From positions 1 through 43,975 of the forward strand of contig NEEC01000344.1 of NCBI GenBank assembly GCA_002189035.1: 43,975 bases of DNA, in the 5' to 3' direction. Position 1 is the first letter of the stretch. Each line of letters opens with the position of its first letter. Made by a program: the position numbers and the translations under genes. The stretch comes from Utricularia gibba. Its lineage: Eukaryota > Plantae > Magnoliophyta. The notes under the pieces are model-generated. The model ran no database searches. It had not been told where the DNA came from and saw nothing but the letters and a program-made list of their open reading frames with translations. Below are positions 23,074 through 38,000 of the stretch, in pieces.

Positions 23074-26000
23074 CCCGGCAAAAAAAGTGATCCATTTATT
23101 AACGTTGGGTTTTCGGCAGCTGCCTACATTGTTTCTGAAGGAAAAGCTTGTCGTTTTTGGTGGGTGCTTTCGTTGGGAAGTTCATCCGGACCCAAGGTTC
23201 GGTTCGACTCCTGAGCCCAATCGGGTCCTATTCAACGAAAATCGTGATGCATTTATTGAAGTTAGGATGTCATGAGCACCCCAAATGGTTTTCTCACCAC
23301 ATGCTTTTATTTGAGGAGGCGCTCTCGAGGGGCACTAGGATCGGGCCGGAGGTCATATCGAACTCGGGCCCATAGTCATTTGTAGCCGGCAAAAAAGTGA
23401 TCCATTTATTAACGTTGGGTTTTCGGCAGCTGCCTACATGGTTTCTGAAGGAAAAGCTTGTCTTTTTTGGGTGGGTGCTTCGTTGGGAACTTCGTCCGGA
23501 CCCAAGTTTCGGTTCGACTCCTGAGCCAATCGGTCCTATTCGACGAAAATCGTGATGCATTTATTGAAGTTAGGATGTCATGAGCACCCCAAATGGTTTT
23601 CTCATCCACAAGCTTTATATTTGAGGAGGCGCTCTCGAGGGGCACCAGGATCGGCCGGAGGTCAGGTCGGGCTCGGGCCCATAGTCATTTGTAGCCCGGG
23701 AAAAAAAGTGATCCATTTATTAACGTTGGGTTTTCGGCAGCTGCTTACATGGTTTCTGAAGGAAAAGCTTGTCGTTTTTGGTTGGTGCTTTCATTGGGAA
23801 GTTCATCCGGACCCAAGGTTCGGTTCGACTCCTGAGCCCAATCGGGTCCTATTCAACGAAAATCGTGATGCATTTTTTGAAGTTAGGATGTCATGAGCAC
23901 CCCAAATGGTTTTCTCATCCACAAGCTTTATATTTGAGGAGGCGCTCTCGAGGGGCACCAGGATCGGGCCGGAGGTCGGGTCGGGCTCGGGCCCATAGTC
24001 ATTTGTAGCCCGGCAAAAAAAGTGATCCATTTATTAACGTTGGGTTTTCGGCAGCTGCCTACATTGTTTCTGAAGGAAAAGCTTGTCGTTTTTGGGTGGG
24101 TGCTTTCGTTGGGAAGTTCATCCGGACCCAAGGTTCGGTTCGACTCCTGAGCCCAATCGGGTCCTATTCAACGAAAATCGTGATGCATTTATTGAAGTTA
24201 GGATGTCATGAGCACCCCAAATGGTTTTCTCAACCACAACTTTTTATTTGAGGAGGCGCTCTCGAGGGGCACTAGGATCGGCCGGAGGTCGTCGAAATCG
24301 GGCCCATAGTCATTTGTAGCCCGGCAAAAAAAGTGATCCATTTATTAACGTTGGGTTTTCGGCAGCTGCCTACATTGTTTCTGAAGGAAAAGCTTGTCTT
24401 TTTTGGTGGGCTTCGTTGGGAACTTCGTCCGGACCCAAGGTTCGGTTCGACTCCTGAGCCCAATCGGTCTATTCGACGAAAATCGTGATGCATTTATTGA
24501 AGTTAGGATGTCATGAGCACCCCAAATGGTTTTCTCATCCACAAGCTTTATATTTGAGGAGGCGCTCTCGAGGGGCACCAGGATCGGGCCGGAGGTCGGT
24601 CGGCTCGGGCCCATAGTCATTTGTAGCCCGGGAAAAAAAGTGATCCATTTATTAACGTTGGGTTTTCGGCAGCTGCCTACATGTTTCTGAAGGAAAAGCT
24701 TGTCGTTTTTGGGTGGGTGCTTTCGTTGGGAAGTTCGTCCGGACCCAAGGTTCGGTTCGACTCTGAGCCAATCGGGTCCTATTCGACGAAAATCGTGATG
24801 CATTTATTGAAGTTAGGATGTCATGAGCACCCCAAATGGTTTTCTCATCCACAAGCTTTATATTTGAGGAGGCGCTCTCGAGGGGCACTAGGATCGGCCG
24901 GAGGTCGGGTCGGGCTCGGGCCCATAGTCATTTGTAGCCCGCAAAAAAAGTGATCCATTTATTAACGTTGGGTTTTCGGCAGCTGCTTACATGGTTTCTG
25001 AAGGAAAAGCTTGTCGTTTTTGGGTGGGTGCTTTCGTTGGGAAGTTCGTCCGGACCCAAGGTTCGGTTCGACTCCTGAGCCAATCGGGTCCTATTCAACG
25101 AAAATCGTGATGCATTTATTGAAGTTAGGATGTCATGAGCACCCCAAATGGTTTTCTCAACCACAAGCTTTTTATTTGAGGAGGCGCTCTCGAGGGCACT
25201 AGGATCGGGCCGGAGGTCATATCGAACTCGGGCCCATAGTCATTTGTAGCCCGGCAAAAAAAGTGATCCATTTATTAACGTTGGGTTTTCGGCAGCTGCC
25301 TACATTGTTTCTGAAGGAAAAGCTTGTCGTTTTTGGGTGGGTGCTTTCGTTGGGAAGTTCATCCGGACCCAAGGTTCGTTCGACTCCTGAGCCCAATCGG
25401 GTCCTATTCGACGAAAATCGTGATGCATTTATTGAAGTTAGGATGTCATGAGCACCCAAATGGTTTTCTCATCCAAGCTTTATATTTGAGGAGGCGCTCT
25501 CGAGGGGCACAGGATCGGGCCGGAGGTCGGGTCGGGCTCGGGCCCATAGTCATTTGTAGCCCGGCAAAAAAAGTGATCCATTTATTAACGTTGGGTTTTC
25601 GGCAGCTGCCTACATTGTTTCTGAAGGAAAAGCTTGTCGTTTTTGGGTGGGTGCTTTCGTTGGGAAGTTCATCCGGACCCAAGGTTCGGTTCGACTCCTG
25701 AGCCCAATCGGGTCCTATTCGACGAAAATCGTGATGCATTTATTGAAGTTAGGATGTCATGAGCACCCCAAATGGTTTTCTCACCACATTTTTTATTTGA
25801 GGAGGCGCTCTCGAGGGGCACTAGGATCGGGCCGGAGGTCCGAACTCGGGCCCATAGTCATTTGTAGCCCGGCAAAAAAGTGATCCATTTATTAACGTTG
25901 GGTTTTCGGCAGCTGCCTACATGGTTTCTGAAGGAAAAGCTTGTCGTTTTTGGTGGGTGCTTTCGTTGGGAAGTTCATCCGAACCCAAGGTTCGTTCGAC

Positions 26001-29000
26001 TCCTGAGCCCATCGGGTCCTATTCGACGAAAATCGTGATGCATTTATTGAAGTTAGGATGTCATGAGCACCCAAATGGTTTTCTCAACCACAAGCTTTTT
26101 ATTTGAGGAGGCGCTCTCGAGGGGCACTAGGATCGGGCCGGAGGTCGGGTCGGGCTCGGGCCCATAGTCATTTGTAGCCCGGCAAAAAAAGTGATCCATT
26201 TATTAACGTTGGGTTTTCGGCAGCTGCCTACATGGTTTCTGAAGGAAAAGCTTGTCGTTTTTGGGTGGGTGCTTTCGTTGGGAACTTCGTCCGGACCCAA
26301 GGTTCGGTTCGACTCCTGAGCCAAATCGGTCTATTACGAAAATCGTGATGCATTTATTGAAGTTAGGATGTCATGAGCACCCCAAATGGTTTTCTCAACC
26401 ACAAGCTTTATTTGAGGAGGCGCTCTCGAGGGGCACCAGGATCGGGCCGGAGGTCGGGCTCGGGCCCATAGTCATTTGTAGCCCGGGAAAAAATGATCCA
26501 TTTATTAACGTTGGGTTTTCGGCAGCTGCTTACATGGTTTCTGAAGGAAAAGCTTGTCGTTTTTGGGGTGCTTTCGTTGGGAAGTTCATCCGGACCCAAG
26601 GTTCGGTTCGACTCCTGAGCCCAATCGGGTCCTATTCGACGAAAATCGTGATGCATTTATTGAAGTTAGGATGTCATGAGCACCCCAAATGGTTTTCTCA
26701 TCCACAAGCTTTATATTTGAGGAGGCGCTCTCGAGGGGCACCAGGATCGGGCCGGAGGTCGGGTCGGGCTCGGGCCCATAGTCATTTGTAGCCCGGCAAA
26801 AAAATGATCCATTTATTAACGTTGGGTTTTCGGCAGCTGCCTACATGGTTTCTGAAGGAAAAGCTTGTCGTTTTTGGTGGGTGCTTTCGTTGGGAAGTTC
26901 GTCGGACCCAAGGTTCGGTTCGACTCCTGAGCCCAATCGGGTCCTATTCGACGAAAATCGTGATGCATTTATTGAAGTTAGGATGTCATGAGCACCCCAA
27001 ATGGTTTTCTCAACACAAGCTTTATATTTGAGGAGGCGCTCTCGAGGGGCACCGGATCGGGCCGGAGGTCGGTCGGGCTCGGGCCCATAGTCATTTGTAG
27101 CCCGGGAAAAAAGTGATCCATTTATTAACGTTGGGTTTTCGGCAGCTGCCTACATTGTTTCTGAAGAAAAGCTTGTCGTTTTTGGGTGGGTGCTTTCGTT
27201 GGGAAGTTCATCCGGACCCAAGGTGTTCGACTCCTGAGCCAATCGGGTCCTATTCGACGAAAAATCGTGATGCATTTATTGAAGTTAGGATGTCATGAGC
27301 ACCCAAATGGTTTTCTCACCACAAGCTTTTATTTGAGGAGGCGCTCTCGAGGGGCACTAGGATCGGGCCGGAGGTCATTCGGGCTCGGGCCCATAGTCAT
27401 TTGTAGCCCGGCAAAAAAAGTGATCCATTTATTAACGTTGGGTTTTCGGCAGCTGCCTACATGGTTTCTGAAGGAAAAGCTTGTCTTTTTTTTGGGTGGG
27501 TGCTTTCGTTGGGAAGTTCATCCGGACCCAAGGTTCGTTTCGACTCCTGAGCCCAATCGGGTCCTATTCGACGAAAATCGTGATGCATTTATTGAAGTTA
27601 GGATGTCATGAGCACCCAAATGGTTTTCCCACAACTTTTTATTTGAGGAGGCGCTCTCGAGGGGCACCAGGATCGGCCGGAGGTCGTCGAATCGGGCCCA
27701 TAGTCATTTGTAGCCCGGCAAAAAAAAGTGATCCATTTATTAACGTTGGGTTTTCGGCAGCTGCCTACATGGTTTCTGAAGGAAAAGCTTGTCGTTTTTG
27801 GGTGGGTGCTTTCGTTGGGAAGTTCATCCGGACCCAAGGTTCGTTCGACTCCTGAGCCCAATCGGGTCCTATTCGACGAAAATCGTGATGCATTTATTGA
27901 AGTTAGGATGTCATGAGCACCCCAAATGGTTTTCTCACCACAAGCTTTTTATTTGAGGAGGCGCTCTCGAGGGGCACTAGGATCGGGCCGGAGGTCGGTC
28001 GAACTCGGGCCCATAGTCATTTGTAGCCCGGCAAAAAAAGTGATCCATTTATTAACGTTGGGTTTTCGGCAGCTGCCTACATGGTTTCTGAAGGAAAAGC
28101 TTGTCGTTTTTGGGTGGGTGCTTTCGTTGGGAAGTTCGTCCGACCCAAGGTTCGGTTCGACTCCTGAGCCCAATCGGTCCTATTCGACGAAAATCGTGAT
28201 GCATTTATTGAAGTTAGGATGTCATGAGCACCCCAAATGGTTTTCTCAACAAGCTTTATATTTGAGGAGGCGCTCTCGAGGGGCACCGGGATCGGGCCGG
28301 AGGTCGGTCGGGCTCGGGCCATAGTCATTTGTAGCCCGGCAAAAAAGTGATCCATTTATTAACGTTGGGTTTTCGGCAGCTGCCTACATTGTTTCTGAAG
28401 GAAAGCTTGTCGTTTTTGGGTGGGTGCTTTCGTTGGGAAGTTCATCCGGACCCAAGGTTCGTTCGACTCCTGAGCCCAATCGGGTCCTATTCGACGAAAA
28501 ATCGTGATGCATTTATTGAAGTTAGGATGTCATGAGCACCCCAAATGGTTTTCTCATCCACAAGCTTTTATTTGAGGAGGCTCTCGAGGGGCACCAGGAT
28601 CGGGCCGGAGGTCATATCGGCTCGGGCCCATAGTCATTTGTAGCCCGGCAAAAAAGTGATCCATTTATTAACGTTGGGTTTTCGGCAGCTGCCTACATGG
28701 TTTCTGAAGGAAAAGCTTGTCTTTTTTGGGTGGGTGCTTTCGTTGGAAGTTCATCCGGACCCAAGGTTCGTTCGACTCCTGAGCCAATCGGGTCCTATTC
28801 GACGAAAATCGTGATGCATTTATTGAAGTTAGGATGTCATGAGCACCCCAAATGGTTTTCTCAACCAAAGCTTTATATTTGAGGAGGCTCTCGAGGGGCA
28901 CCAGGATCGGGCGGAGGTCGGTCGGGCTCGGGCCCATAGTCATTTGTAGCCCGGGAAAAAAGTGATCCATTTATTAACGTTGGGTTTTCGGCAGCTGCTA

Positions 29001-32000
29001 CATGTTTCTGAAGGAAAAGCTTGTCGTTTTTGGTGGTGCTTTCGTTGGGAAGTTCGTCCGGACCCAAGTTCGTTCGACTCCTGAGCCCAATCGGGTCCTA
29101 TTCGACGAAAATCGTGATGCATTTATTGAAGTTAGGATGTCATGAGCACCCCAAATGGTTTTCTCAACCACATGCTTTTTATTTGAGGAGGCGCTCTCGA
29201 GGGGCACTAGGATCGGGCCGGAGGTCATATCGAACTCGGGCCATAGTCATTTGTAGCCCGGCAAAAAAAGTGATCCATTTATTAACGTTGGGTTTTCGGC
29301 AGCTGCCTACATGGTTTCTGAAGGAAAAGCTTGTCTTTTTTGGGTGGGTGCTTTCGTTGGGAAGTTCGTCCAGACCCAAGTTTCGTTCGACTCCTGAGCC
29401 AAATCAGGTCTATTTGACGAAAATCGTGATGCATTTATTGAAGTTAGGATGTCATGAGCACCCCAAATGGTTTTCTCATCCACAAGCTTTATATTTGAGG
29501 AGGCGCTCTCGAGGGGCACCAGGATCGGGCCGGAGGTCGGGTCGGGCTCGGGCCCATAGTCATTTGTAGCCCGGGAAAAAAAAAGTGATCCATTTATTAA
29601 CGTTGGGTTTTCGGCAGCTGCTTACATGGTTTCTGAAGGAAAAGCTTGTCGTTTTTGGTTGGTGCTTTCATTGGGAAGTTCATCCGGACCCAAGGTTCGG
29701 TTCGACTCCTGAGCCCAATCGGGTCCTATTCAACAAAAATCGTGATGCATTTATTGAGTTAGGATGTCATGAGCACCCCAAATGGTTTCTCATCCACAAG
29801 CTTTATATTTGAGGAGGCGCTCTCGAGGGGCACCAGGATCGGGCTGGAGGTCGGGTCGGCTCGGGCCCATAGTCATTTGTAGCCCGGCAAAAAAGTGATC
29901 CATTTATTAACGTTGGGTTTTCGGCAGCTGCCTACATGTTTCTGAAGGAAAAAGCTTGTCGTTTTTGGGTGGTGCTTTCGTTGGGAAGTTCATCCGGACC
30001 CAAGGTTCGGTTCGACTCCTGCCCCAATCGGGTCCTATTCAACGAAAATCGTGATGCATTTATTGAAGTTAGGATGTCATGAGCACCCAAATGGTTTTCC
30101 AACCACAACTTTTTATTTGAGGAGGCGCTCTCGAGGGCACTAGGATCGGCCGGAGGTCGTCGAAATCGGGCCCATAGTCATTTGTAGCCCGGCAAAAAAA
30201 GTGATCCATTTATTAACGTTGGGTTTTCGGCAGCTGCCTACATGTTTCTGAAGGAAAAGCTTGTCTTTTTTGGTGGTGCTGTCGTTGGTTTCGTCCGGTT
30301 TCGGTTCTCCTGAGCCAATCGGGTCTATTCGACGAAAATCGTGATGCATTTATTGAAGTTAGGATGTCATGAGCACCCCAAATGGTTTTCTCATCCACAA
30401 GCTTTATATTTGAGGAGGCTCTCGGGGGGCACCAGGATCGGGCCGGAGGTCGGTCGGCTCGGGCCCATAGTCATTTGTAGCCCGGGAAAAAAAGTGATCC
30501 ATTTATTAACGGGGTTTTCGGCAGCTGCTACATTGTTTCTGAAGGAAAAGCTTGTCGTTTTTGGTGGGTGCTTTCGTTGGGAAGTTCGTCCGGACCCAAG
30601 GTTCGGTTCGACTCCTGAGCCAATCGGGTCCTATTCGACGAAAATCGTGATGCATTTATTGAAGTTAGGATGTCATGAGCACCCCAAATGGTTTTCTCAT
30701 CCACAAGCTTTATATTTGAGGAGGCGCTCTCGAGGGGCACTAGGATCGGCCGGAGGTCGGGTCGGGCTCGGGCCCATAGTCATTTGTAGCCCGGCAAAAA
30801 AAGTGATCCATTTATTAACGTTGGGTTTTCGGCAGCTGCTTACATGGTTTCTGAAGGAAAAGCTTGTCGTTTTTGGGTGGGTGCTTTCGTTGGAAGTTCA
30901 TCCGGACCCAAGGTTCGGTTCGACTCCTGAGCCCAATCGGGTCCTATTCACGAAAATCGTGATGCATTTATTGAAGTTAGGATGTCATGAGCACCCCAAA
31001 TGGTTTTCCAACCACATGCTTTTTATTTGAGGAGGCGCTCTCGAGGGGCACTAGGATCGGGCCGGAGGTCGGGTCGAACTCGGGCCCATAGTCATTTGTA
31101 GCCCGGCAAAAAAAGTGATCCATTTATTAACGTTGGGTTTTCGGCAGCTGCCTACATGTTTCTGAAGGAAAAGCTTGTCGTTTTTGGTGGGTGCTTTCGT
31201 TGGGAAGTTCATCCGGACCCAAGGTTCGTTCGACTCCTGAGCCAATCGGTCCTATTCGACGAAAATCGTGATGCATTTATTGAAGTTAGGATGTCATGAG
31301 CACCCCAAATGGTTTTCTCATCCACAAGCTTTATATTTGAGGAGGCGCTCTCGAGGGGCACAGGATCGGGCGGAGGTCGGGTCGGGCTCGGGCCCATAGT
31401 CATTTGTAGCCCGGCAAAAAAAGTGATCCATTTATTAACGTTGGGTTTTCGGCAGCTGCCTACATTGTTTCTGAAGGAAAAGCTTGTCGTTTTTGGTGGT
31501 GCTTTCGTTGGGAAGTTCATCCGGACCCAAGGTTCGTTCGACTCCTGAGCCCAATCGGGTCCTATTCGACGAAAATCGTGATGCATTTATTGAAGTTAGG
31601 ATGTCATGAGCACCCCAAATGGTTTTCTCAACCAATGCTTTTTATTTGAGGAGCGCTCTCGAGGGGCACTAGGATCGGGCCGGAGGTCATATCGAACTCG
31701 GGCCCATAGTCATTTGTAGCCCGGCAAAAAAAGTGATCCATTTATTAACGTTGGGTTTTCGGCAGCTGCCTACATTGGTTTCTGAAGGAAAAGCTTGTCG
31801 TTTTTTGTGGTGCTTTCGTTGGGAAGTTCATCCGACCCAAGGTTCGTTCGACTCCTGAGCCCAATCGGGTCCTATTCACGAAAATCGTGATGCATTTATT
31901 GAAGTTAGGATGTCATGAGCACCCAAATGGTTTTCTCAACCACATGCTTTTTATTTGAGGAGGCGCTCTCGAGGGGCACTAGGATCGGGCCGGAGGTCTT

Positions 32001-35000
32001 GTCGAAATCGGGCCCATAGTCATTTGTAGCCCGGCAAAAAAAGTGATCCATTTATTAACGTTGGGTTTTCGGCAGCTGCCTACATGGTTTCTTGGAAAAG
32101 CTTGTCTTTTTGGGTGGGTGCTTCGTTGGGAACTTCGTCCGACCCAAGTTTCGGTTCGACTCCTGAGCCAAATCGGTCTATTCGACGAAAATCGTGATGC
32201 ATTTATTGAAGTTAGGATGTCATGAGCACCCCAAATGGTTTTCTCAACCACAAGCTTTTTATTTGAGGAGGCGCTCTCGAGGGGCACCAGGATCGGCCGG
32301 AGGTCGGGTCGGGCTCGGGCCATAGTCATTTGTAGCCCGGGAAAAAAAGTGATCCATTTATTAACGTTGGGTTTTCGGCAGCTGCCTACATGGTTTCTGA
32401 AGGAAAAGCTTGTCGTTTTTTGGGGTGCTTTCGTTGGGAAGTTTCCGGACCCAAGGTTCGTTCGACTCCTGAGCCCAATCGGGTCCTATTCGACGAAAAT
32501 CGTGATGCATTTATTGAAGTTAGGATGTCATGAGCACCCCAAATGGTTTTCTCATCCACAAGCTTTATATTTGAGGAGGCGCTCTCGAGGGGCACAGGAT
32601 CGGGCCGGAGGTCGGGTCGGCTCGGGCCATAGTCATTTGTAGCCCGGCAAAAAAAGTGATCCATTTATTAACGTTGGGTTTTCGGCAGCTGCCTACATGG
32701 TTTCTGAAGGAAAAGCTTGTCGTTTTTGGGTGGGTGCTTTCGTTGGGAAGTTCATCCGGACCCAAGGTTCGGTTCGACTCCTGAGCCCAATCGGGTCCTA
32801 TTCGACGAAAATCGTGATGCATTTATTGAAGTTAGGATGTCATGAGCACCCAAATGGTTTTCTCAACCACAAGCTTTATATTTGAGGAGGCGCTCTCGAG
32901 GGGCACCAGGATCGGGCCGGAGGTCGGTCGGGCTCGGGCCATAGTCATTTGTAGCCCGGGAAAAAAAGTGATCCATTTATTAACGTTGGGTTTTCGGCAG
33001 CTGCCTACATTGTTTCTGAAGGAAAAGCTTTTCGTTTTTGGTGGGTGCTTTCGTTGGGAAGTTCATCCGGACCCAAGTTCGTTCGACTCCTGAGCCAATC
33101 GGTCCTATTCGACGAAAAATGATGCATTTATTGAAGTTAGGATGTCATGAGCACCCCAAATGGTTTTCTCAACCACATGCTTTTATTTGAGGAGGCGCTC
33201 TCGAGGGGCACTAGGATCGGGCCGGAGGTCATTCGAACTCGGGCCCATAGTCATTTGTAGCCCGGCAAAAAAGTGATCCATTTATTAACGTTGGGTTTTC
33301 GGCAGCTGCCTACATGGTTTCTGAAGGAAAAGCTTGTCTTTTTTGGGTGGGTGCTTTCGTTGGGAAGTTCATCCGACCCAAGGTTCGGTTCGACTCCTGA
33401 GCCAATCGGTCCTATTCGACGAAAATCGTGATGCATTTATTGAAGTTAGGATGTCATGAGCACCCCAAATGGTTTTCTCACAACTTTTTATTTGAGGAGG
33501 CGCTCTCGAGGGGCACTAGGATCGGCCGGAGGTCAGTCGGGGCCCATAGTCATTTGTAGCCCGGCAAAAAAAGTGATCCATTTATTAACGTTGGGTTTTC
33601 GGCAGCTGCCTACATTGTTTCTGAAGGAAAAGCTTGTCGTTTTTGGTGGGTGCTTTCGTTGGGAAGTTCATCCGGACCCAAGGTTCGTTCGACTCCTGAG
33701 CCCAATCGGGTCCTATTCACGAAAATCGTGATGCATTTATTGAAGTTAGGATGTCATGAGCACCCCAAATGGTTTTCTCAACCACATGCTTTTTATTTGA
33801 GGAGGCGCTCTCGAGGGGCACTAGGATCGGGCCGGAGGTCATATCGAACTCGGGCCCATAGTCATTTGTAGCCCGGCAAAAAAAGTGATCCATTATTAAC
33901 GTTGGGTTTTCGGCAGCTGCCTACATGGTTTTCAAGGAAAAGCTTGTCTTTTTTGGGTGGGTGCTGTCGTTGGGAACTTCGTCCGACCCAAGTTTTCGGT
34001 TCGACTCCTGAGCCAAATCGGTCTATTTGACGAAAATCGTGATGCATTTATTGAAGTTAGGATGTCATGAGCACCCCAAATGGTTTTCTCAACCAAAGCT
34101 TATATTTGAGGAGGCGCTCTCGAGGGGCACCGGATCGGGCCGGAGGTCGGTCGGGCTCGGGCCCATAGTCATTTGTAGCCCGGGAAAAAAAGTGATCCAT
34201 TTATTAACGTTGGGTTTTCGGCAGCTGCCTACATTGTTTCTGAAGGAAAAGCTTGTCGTTTTTGGTGGGTGCTTTCGTTGGGAAGTTCATCCGGACCCAA
34301 GGTTCGTTCGACTCCTGAGCCCAATCGGGTCCTATTCGACGAAAATCGTGATGCATTTATTGAAGTTAGGATGTCATGAGCACCCCAAATGGTTTTCTCA
34401 ACCACAGCTTTTATTTGAGGAGGCGCTCTCGAGGGGCAGGATCGGGCCGGAGGTCATATCGAACTCGGGCCCATAGTCATTTGTAGCCCGGCAAAAAAAG
34501 TGATCCATTTATTAACGTTGGGTTTTCGGCAGCTGCCTACATGGTTTCTGAAGGAAAAGCTTGTCGTTTTTTGGGTGGGTGCTTTCGTTGGGAAGTTCAT
34601 CCGGACCCAAGGTTCGTTCGACTCCTGAGCCCAATCGGGTCCTATTCGACGAAAATCGTGATGCATTTATTGAAGTTAGGATGTCATGAGCACCCCAAAT
34701 GGTTTCTCATCAAAGCTTTATATTTGAGGAGGCGCTCTCGAGGGGCACCAGGATCGGGCCGGAGGTCGGTCGGGCTCGGGCCATAGTCATTTGTAGCCGG
34801 AAAAAAGTGATCCATTTATTAACGTTGGGTTTTCGGCAGCTGCCTACATTGTTTCTGAAGGAAAAGCTTGTCGTTTTTGGGTGGGTGCTTTCGTTGGGAA
34901 GTTCATCCGGACCCAAGGTTCGGTTCGACTCCTGAGCCCAATCGGGTCCTATTCACGAAAATCGTGATGCATTTATTGAAGTTAGGATGTCATGAGCACC

Positions 35001-38000
35001 CAAATGGTTTTCTCAACCACATGCTTTTTATTTGAGGAGGCGCTCTCGAGGGGCACTAGGATCGGGCCGGAGGTCATATCGAACTCGGGCCATAGTCATT
35101 TGTAGCCGGGCAAAAAAAGTGATCCATTTATTAACGTTGGGTTTTCGGCAGCTGCCTACATGGTTTCTGAAGGAAAAGCTTGTCTTTTTGGGTGGGTGCT
35201 GTCGTTGGGAACTTCGTCCGACCCAAGTTTCGGTTCGACTCCTGAGCCAAATCAGGTACTATTTGACGAAAATCGTGATGCATTTATTGAAGTTAGGATG
35301 TCATGAGCACCCAAATGGTTTTCTCATCCACAAGCTTTATATTTGAGGAGGCGCTCTCGAGGGGCACCAGGATCGGCCGGAGGTCAGGTCGGGCTCGGGC
35401 CCATAGTCATTTGTAGCCCGGGAAAAAAAAGTGATCCATTTATTAACGTTGGGTTTTCGGCAGCTGCTTACATGTTTCTGAAGGAAAAGCTTGTCGTTTT
35501 TGGTGGTGCTTTCATTGGGAAGTTCATCCGGACCAAGGTTCGTTCGACTCCTGAGCCCAATCGGGTCCTATTCAACAAAAATCAACATGCATTTTTTGAA
35601 GTTAGGATGTCATGAGCACCCCAAATGGTTTCTCATCCACAAGCTTTATATTTGAGGAGGCGCTCTCGAGGGGCACCAGGATCGGGCCGGAGGTCGGGTC
35701 GGGCTCGGGCCCATAGTCATTTGTAGCCCGGCAAAAAAAGTGATCCATTTATTAACGTTGGGTTTTCGGCAGCTGCCTACATTGTTTCTGAAGGAAAAGC
35801 TTGTCGTTTTTGGGTGGGTGCTTTCGTTGGGAAGTTCATCCGGACCCAAGGTTCGGTTCGACTCCTGAGCCCAATCGGGTCCTATTCAACGAAAATCGTG
35901 ATGCATTTATTGAAGTTAGGATGTCATGAGCACCCCAAATGGTTTTCCAACCACATGCTTTTTATTTGAGGAGGCGCTCTCGAGGGGCACTAGGATCGGC
36001 CGGAGGTCATGTCGAAATCGGGCCCATAGTCATTTGTAGCCCGGCAAAAAAAGTGATCCATTTATTAACGTTGGGTTTTCGGCAGCTGCCTACATGTTTC
36101 TGAAGGAAAAGCTTGTCTTTTTTGGTGGGTGCTGTCGTTGGGAACTTCGTCCGGACCCAAGTTTCGGTTCGACTCCTGAGCCAAATCAGGTCTATTTGAC
36201 GAAAATCGTGATGCATTTATTGAAGTTAGGATGTCATGAGCACCCCAAATGGTTTTCTCATCCACAAGCTTTATATTTGAGGAGGCGCTCTCGAGGGCAC
36301 CAGGATCGGGCCGGAGGTCAGGTCGGCTCGGGCCCATAGTCATTTGTAGCCCGGGAAAAAAAGTGATCCATTTATTAACGTTGGGTTTTCGGCAGCTGCC
36401 TACATTGTTTCTGAAGGAAAAGCTTGTCGTTTTTGGTGGGTGCTTTCGTTGGGAAGTTCGTCCGGACCCAAGGTTCGGTTCGACTCCTGAGCCAATCGGG
36501 TCCTATTCGACGAAAATCGTGATGCATTTATTGAAGTTAGGATGTCATGAGCACCCAAATGGTTTTCTCAACCACAAGCTTTATATTTGAGGAGGCGCTC
36601 TCGAGGGGCACTAGGATCGGCCGGAGGTCGGTCGGGCCGGGCCCATAGTCATTTGTAGCCCGGCAAAAAAAGTGATCCATTTATTAACGTTGGGTTTTCG
36701 GCAGCTGCCTACATGGTTTCTGAAGGAAAAGCTTGTCGTTTTTGGGTGGTGCTTTCGTTGGAAGTTCATCCGGACCCAAGGTTCGGTTCGACTCCTGAGC
36801 CAATCGGGTCCTATTCAACGAAAATCGTGATGCATTTATTGAAGTTAGGATGTCATGAGCACCCCAAATGGTTTTCCAACCACATGCTTTTTATTTGAGG
36901 AGGCGCTCTCGAGGGGCACTAGGATCGGGCCGGAGGTCATATCGAACTCGGGCCCATAGTCATTTGTAGCCCGGCAAAAAAGTGATCCATTTATTAACGT
37001 TGGGTTTTCGGCAGCTGCCTACATTGTTTCTGAAGGAAAAGCTTGTCGTTTTTGGGTGGTGCTTTCGTTGGGAAGTTCATCCGGACCCAAGGTTCGTTCG
37101 ACTCCTGAGCCCAATCGGGTCCTATTCGACGAAAATCGTGATGCATTTATTGAAGTTAGGATGTCATGAGCACCCCAAATGGTTTTCTCATCCACAAGCT
37201 TTATATTTGAGGAGGCGCTCTCGAGGGGCACCAGGATCGGGCCGGAGGTCGGTCGGGCTCGGGCCCATAGTCATTTGTAGCCCGGCAAAAAAAGTGATCC
37301 ATTTATTAACGTTGGGTTTTCGCAGCTGCCTACATTGTTTCTGAAGGAAAAGCTTGTCGTTTTTGGGTGGGTGCTTTCGTTGGGAAGTTCATCCGGACCC
37401 AAGGTTCGTTCGACTCCTGAGCCCAATCGGGTCCTATTCGACGAAAATCGTGATGCATTTATTGAAGTTAGGATGTCATGAGCACCCCAAATGGTTTTCT
37501 CAACCACATGCTTTTTATTTGAGGAGGCGCTCTCGAGGGGCACTAGGATCGGGCCGGAGGTCATATCGAACTCGGGCCCATAGTCATTTGTAGCCCGGCA
37601 AAAAAAGTGATCCATTATTAACGTTGGGTTTTCGGCAGCTGCCTACATGGTTTCTGAAGGAAAAGCTTGTCGTTTTTTGTGGGTGCTTTCGTTGGGAAGT
37701 TCATCCGGACCCAAGGTTCGTTCGACTCCTGAGCCCAATCGGGTCCTATTCGACGAAAATCGTGATGCATTTATTGAAGTTAGGATGTCATGAGCACCCA
37801 AATGGTTTTCTCAACCACATGCTTTTTATTTGAGGAGGCGCTCTCGAGGGCACTAGGATCGGGCCGGAGGTCGGTCGAAATCGGGCCCATAGTCATTTGT
37901 AGCCCGGCAAAAAAAGTGATCCATTTATTAACGTTGGGTTTTCGGCAGCTGCCTACATTGTTTCTGAAGGAAAAGCTTGTCGTTTTTGGGTGGGTGCTTT

